A stretch of DNA of 64,000 nucleotides from an uncultured Pseudomonadota bacterium (GTDB taxonomy: Bacteria; Pseudomonadota; Gammaproteobacteria; Burkholderiales; SG8-39): NCBI GenBank assembly GCA_963834845.1, contig CAWICY010000004.1, forward strand, positions 443,954 to 507,953, read 5' to 3'. The notes below the pieces were generated by a model, which did not search any database, was not told the origin of the DNA, and saw only the letters and a list, made by a program, of their open reading frames with translations. Below, piece after piece: positions 62,254 through 64,000 of this stretch. Position 1 is the stretch's first letter. Each line of letters starts with the position of its first letter. Made by a program: the position numbers and the translations under genes.

Positions 62254-63083
62254 TTGCGGATGCGATTGGCGTCGCCAATTCGCGAGTACTTGCCCCACGA
62301 ATCGAGCAGCACGACGATGAGGTCCTTGGAGGCGACCTTCACTCGCATCACGAGACAACGCCCGGCTTCGCTGATGTAGCCGGTCTTGGAGAGATCGATG
62401 TCCCAGTGCGGGCTGCGCACCAGGCGATTGGTGTTGGCGTAGGACAGCTTGCGACCGCGGGCGACGACCTGGGCGCGCTCGCGCGTCGTGTACTCCCGGA
62501 TGCGGGGATAGCCGGCGGCGGCCTTCACCAGCTTTGCCAGGTCGCGCGCGCTCGAGACGTTGCCCGAGTCGAGCCCCGTCGGGTCGACATAGTGGGTGTC
62601 CTCCATGCCGAGCTCGCGCGCCTTGCGGTTCATCGCAGCGACGAATTCGTCGGTGCCCCCGGGATAGGTGCGCGCCAGGGCGGCTGCGGCCCGGTTTTCC
62701 GAGGCCATGAGCGCGATCAGCAGCAGATCGTCGCGCGTCAGCCGCGAGCCTGGACGCAGCCGCGAGCGCGTGCCCTTCAGCCGGTCGACGTCCTCGTGGC
62801 TCACTGCAACCTCGTCCTGCAGGTCGAGGCCGCGATCGAGGATCACCATCGCGGTCATGAGCTTGGTGATCGAGGCGATCGGCAGAACCGCGTCGGAGTT
62901 CTTCGCGAGGATCGTCTCGCCGCTATCGGCGTCCTGCACCAGCGCCACCGAGGAGCGCAGGAAAACCTTCTTGTGGTGATCGAGGTCATCCGCTTGCGCG
63001 AAGCCCACCGTCAGCGCGAGCACCGCGAGCAACGCGCATGCTGCGACGATCTTCTCCAGGTGGTGCAGCTTTCGCTCTTGCAT
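62214..63083 (-). CDS. pbpG: D-alanyl-D-alanine endopeptidase (PBP7/PbpG-type, peptidase S11)
   Basis: 289 aa. Signal peptide, then SITK, SEN and KTG active-site motifs. Confidence 0.85.
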   Translation of the reverse strand: MQERKLHHLEKIVAACALLAVLALTVGFAQADDLDHHKKVFLRSSVALVQDADSGETILAKNSDAVLPIASITKLMTAMVILDRGLDLQDEVAVSHEDVDRLKGTRSRLRPGSRLTRDDLLLIALMASENRAAAALARTYPGGTDEFVAAMNRKARELGMEDTHYVDPTGLDSGNVSSARDLAKLVKAAAGYPRIREYTTRERAQVVARGRKLSYANTNRLVRSPHWDIDLSKTGYISEAGRCLVMRVKVASKDLIVVLLDSWGKYSRIGDANRIRKWLESSAAIDTRG

Positions 63084-63215
63084 GCCTGCGGCTCGGTCTT
63101 GTTGGGTCTTGTTTTGCGGGGTTTCGGCGAAGTGTATAGTAGGGTTCGTTAAAAATGCAAGAAAAATAAGGGGCTATCCGGAATTCCTCGAAAGGACGTG
63201 AATTATTTCCGGATT

Positions 63216-64000
63216 CTAGGCCGCCTTCACCCGCTCCAGCGTCGCCTCGGCCGCCGCGGCCTGCTGCTGCAGGGCCCACATGCGCGCGTACTCGGCCCCG
63301 GCGGCGAGTAGCTCGCGGTGGGTGCCGCGCTCGACGACGCGGCCCTGGGCAAGCACCAGGATCTGGTCGGCGTCCATCACGGTGGACAGGCGGTGGGCGA
63401 TAACCAGCGTAGTACGGCCCTGCGAGATGCGCTCGAGCTCCGCCTGGATCGCCTTCTCCGCCTTCGAGTCGAGCGCGGAGGTCGCCTCGTCGAAGATCAG
63501 GATGCGCGGATCCTTGAGCAGCGCGCGGGCGATCGCCACGCGCTGCTTTTCGCCGCCGGAGAGCTTCAGCCCGCGTTCGCCGACCGTCGTCTCGTACTTG
63601 GCGGGCAAGGACTCGATGAAGTCGTGGATGTGCGCCGCGCGCGCGGCCTCTACCACCTCGGCGTCACCGGCGTCCGGCCGGCCATAGTGGATGTTGTAGC
63701 GGATGGTGTCATTGAACAACACCGTGTCCTGGGGGACGATGCCGATCGCGGCGCGCAGCGAATGCTGCTGCACCTCGCGGATGTCGACGCCGTTGATCAG
63801 GATCGTGCCGCCGCCGACGTCGTAGAAACGGTACAGCAGGCGCGCGAGCGTCGACTTGCCGGAGCCCGAGTGCCCGACCACCGCGACTCGATGCCCCGCC
63901 GGAATGGCGAAGCTCACCCCGTGCAGGATCCGGCGCGCGGGCTCGTAGGCGAATTCCACGTCGCGAAACTCGACCGTCGCGGGGCCCGGCGGCAGCTCGG
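63216..64000 (-). CDS. ABC transporter ATP-binding/permease fusion (partial; only the C-terminal ATPase domain is in the window)
   Basis: Walker [10 protein letters not shown], signature LSGGEKQR and Walker [10 protein letters not shown]. The reading frame stays open upstream of the track Met to the window end (…[16 protein letters not shown]). Confidence 0.85.
   Translation of the reverse strand, partial: ELPPGPATVEFRDVEFAYEPARRILHGVSFAIPAGHRVAVVGHSGSGKSTLARLLYRFYDVGGGTILINGVDIREVQQHSLRAAIGIVPQDTVLFNDTIRYNIHYGRPDAGDAEVVEAARAAHIHDFIESLPAKYETTVGERGLKLSGGEKQRVAIARALLKDPRILIFDEATSALDSKAEKAIQAELERISQGRTTLVIAHRLSTVMDADQILVLAQGRVVERGTHRELLAAGAEYARMWALQQQAAAAEATLERVKAA

Overview
About 70% GC proteobacterial chromosomal DNA. 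ParC/ParE, MnmC, GlpD, MgtA and a CusA/CzcA-type RND pump point to a Gram-negative host, probably beta- or gamma-proteobacterial. I support 59 protein-coding loci plus one very short candidate ORF. I found no rRNA, tRNA, CRISPR array, transposase, integrase or phage genes. The many 100-1200 aa ORFs rich in R/A/G/P that lie antisense or out of frame to these genes are high-GC artefacts. The track also uses GTG/TTG as starts, so several track ORFs carry false N-terminal extensions; I trimmed these using frame checks, Shine-Dalgarno sites and stop/start overlaps. Main points: (1) Four genes need frame changes to read through: a UvrD-like helicase (5), a CusA/CzcA pump (about 24), a PAS-GGDEF-hemerythrin cyclase (1) and an orphan CoxL-type molybdoenzyme (1-2). 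Their neighbours are intact, and the indels I resolved sit in short G/C runs. (2) FNR/Anr-type boxes recur, including an identical 14-mer, TTGACGCAAGTCAA, at two loci 19 kb apart. Tandem boxes sit in the divergent promoter of a Lon-like/USP-like/CBS and hydrolase/Prs-like/acyl-ligase stress cluster. (3) A tightly coupled PIN - DUF1643 - 73 aa - patatin-lipoprotein cassette has no recognisable antitoxin. (4) A 77-aa gene between parE and parC ends in a canonical beta-clamp-binding QLDLF motif. (5) parC, an MFS gene and a DUF99 gene are joined by GTGA overlaps, with a GGDEF gene 9 nt downstream. (6) An 18-nt motif, GGGACAGACCCyrTTTTT, occurs four times, always abutting the 3' ends of genes. All functional calls rest on motif-level reading of the translations. 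No database search was possible.
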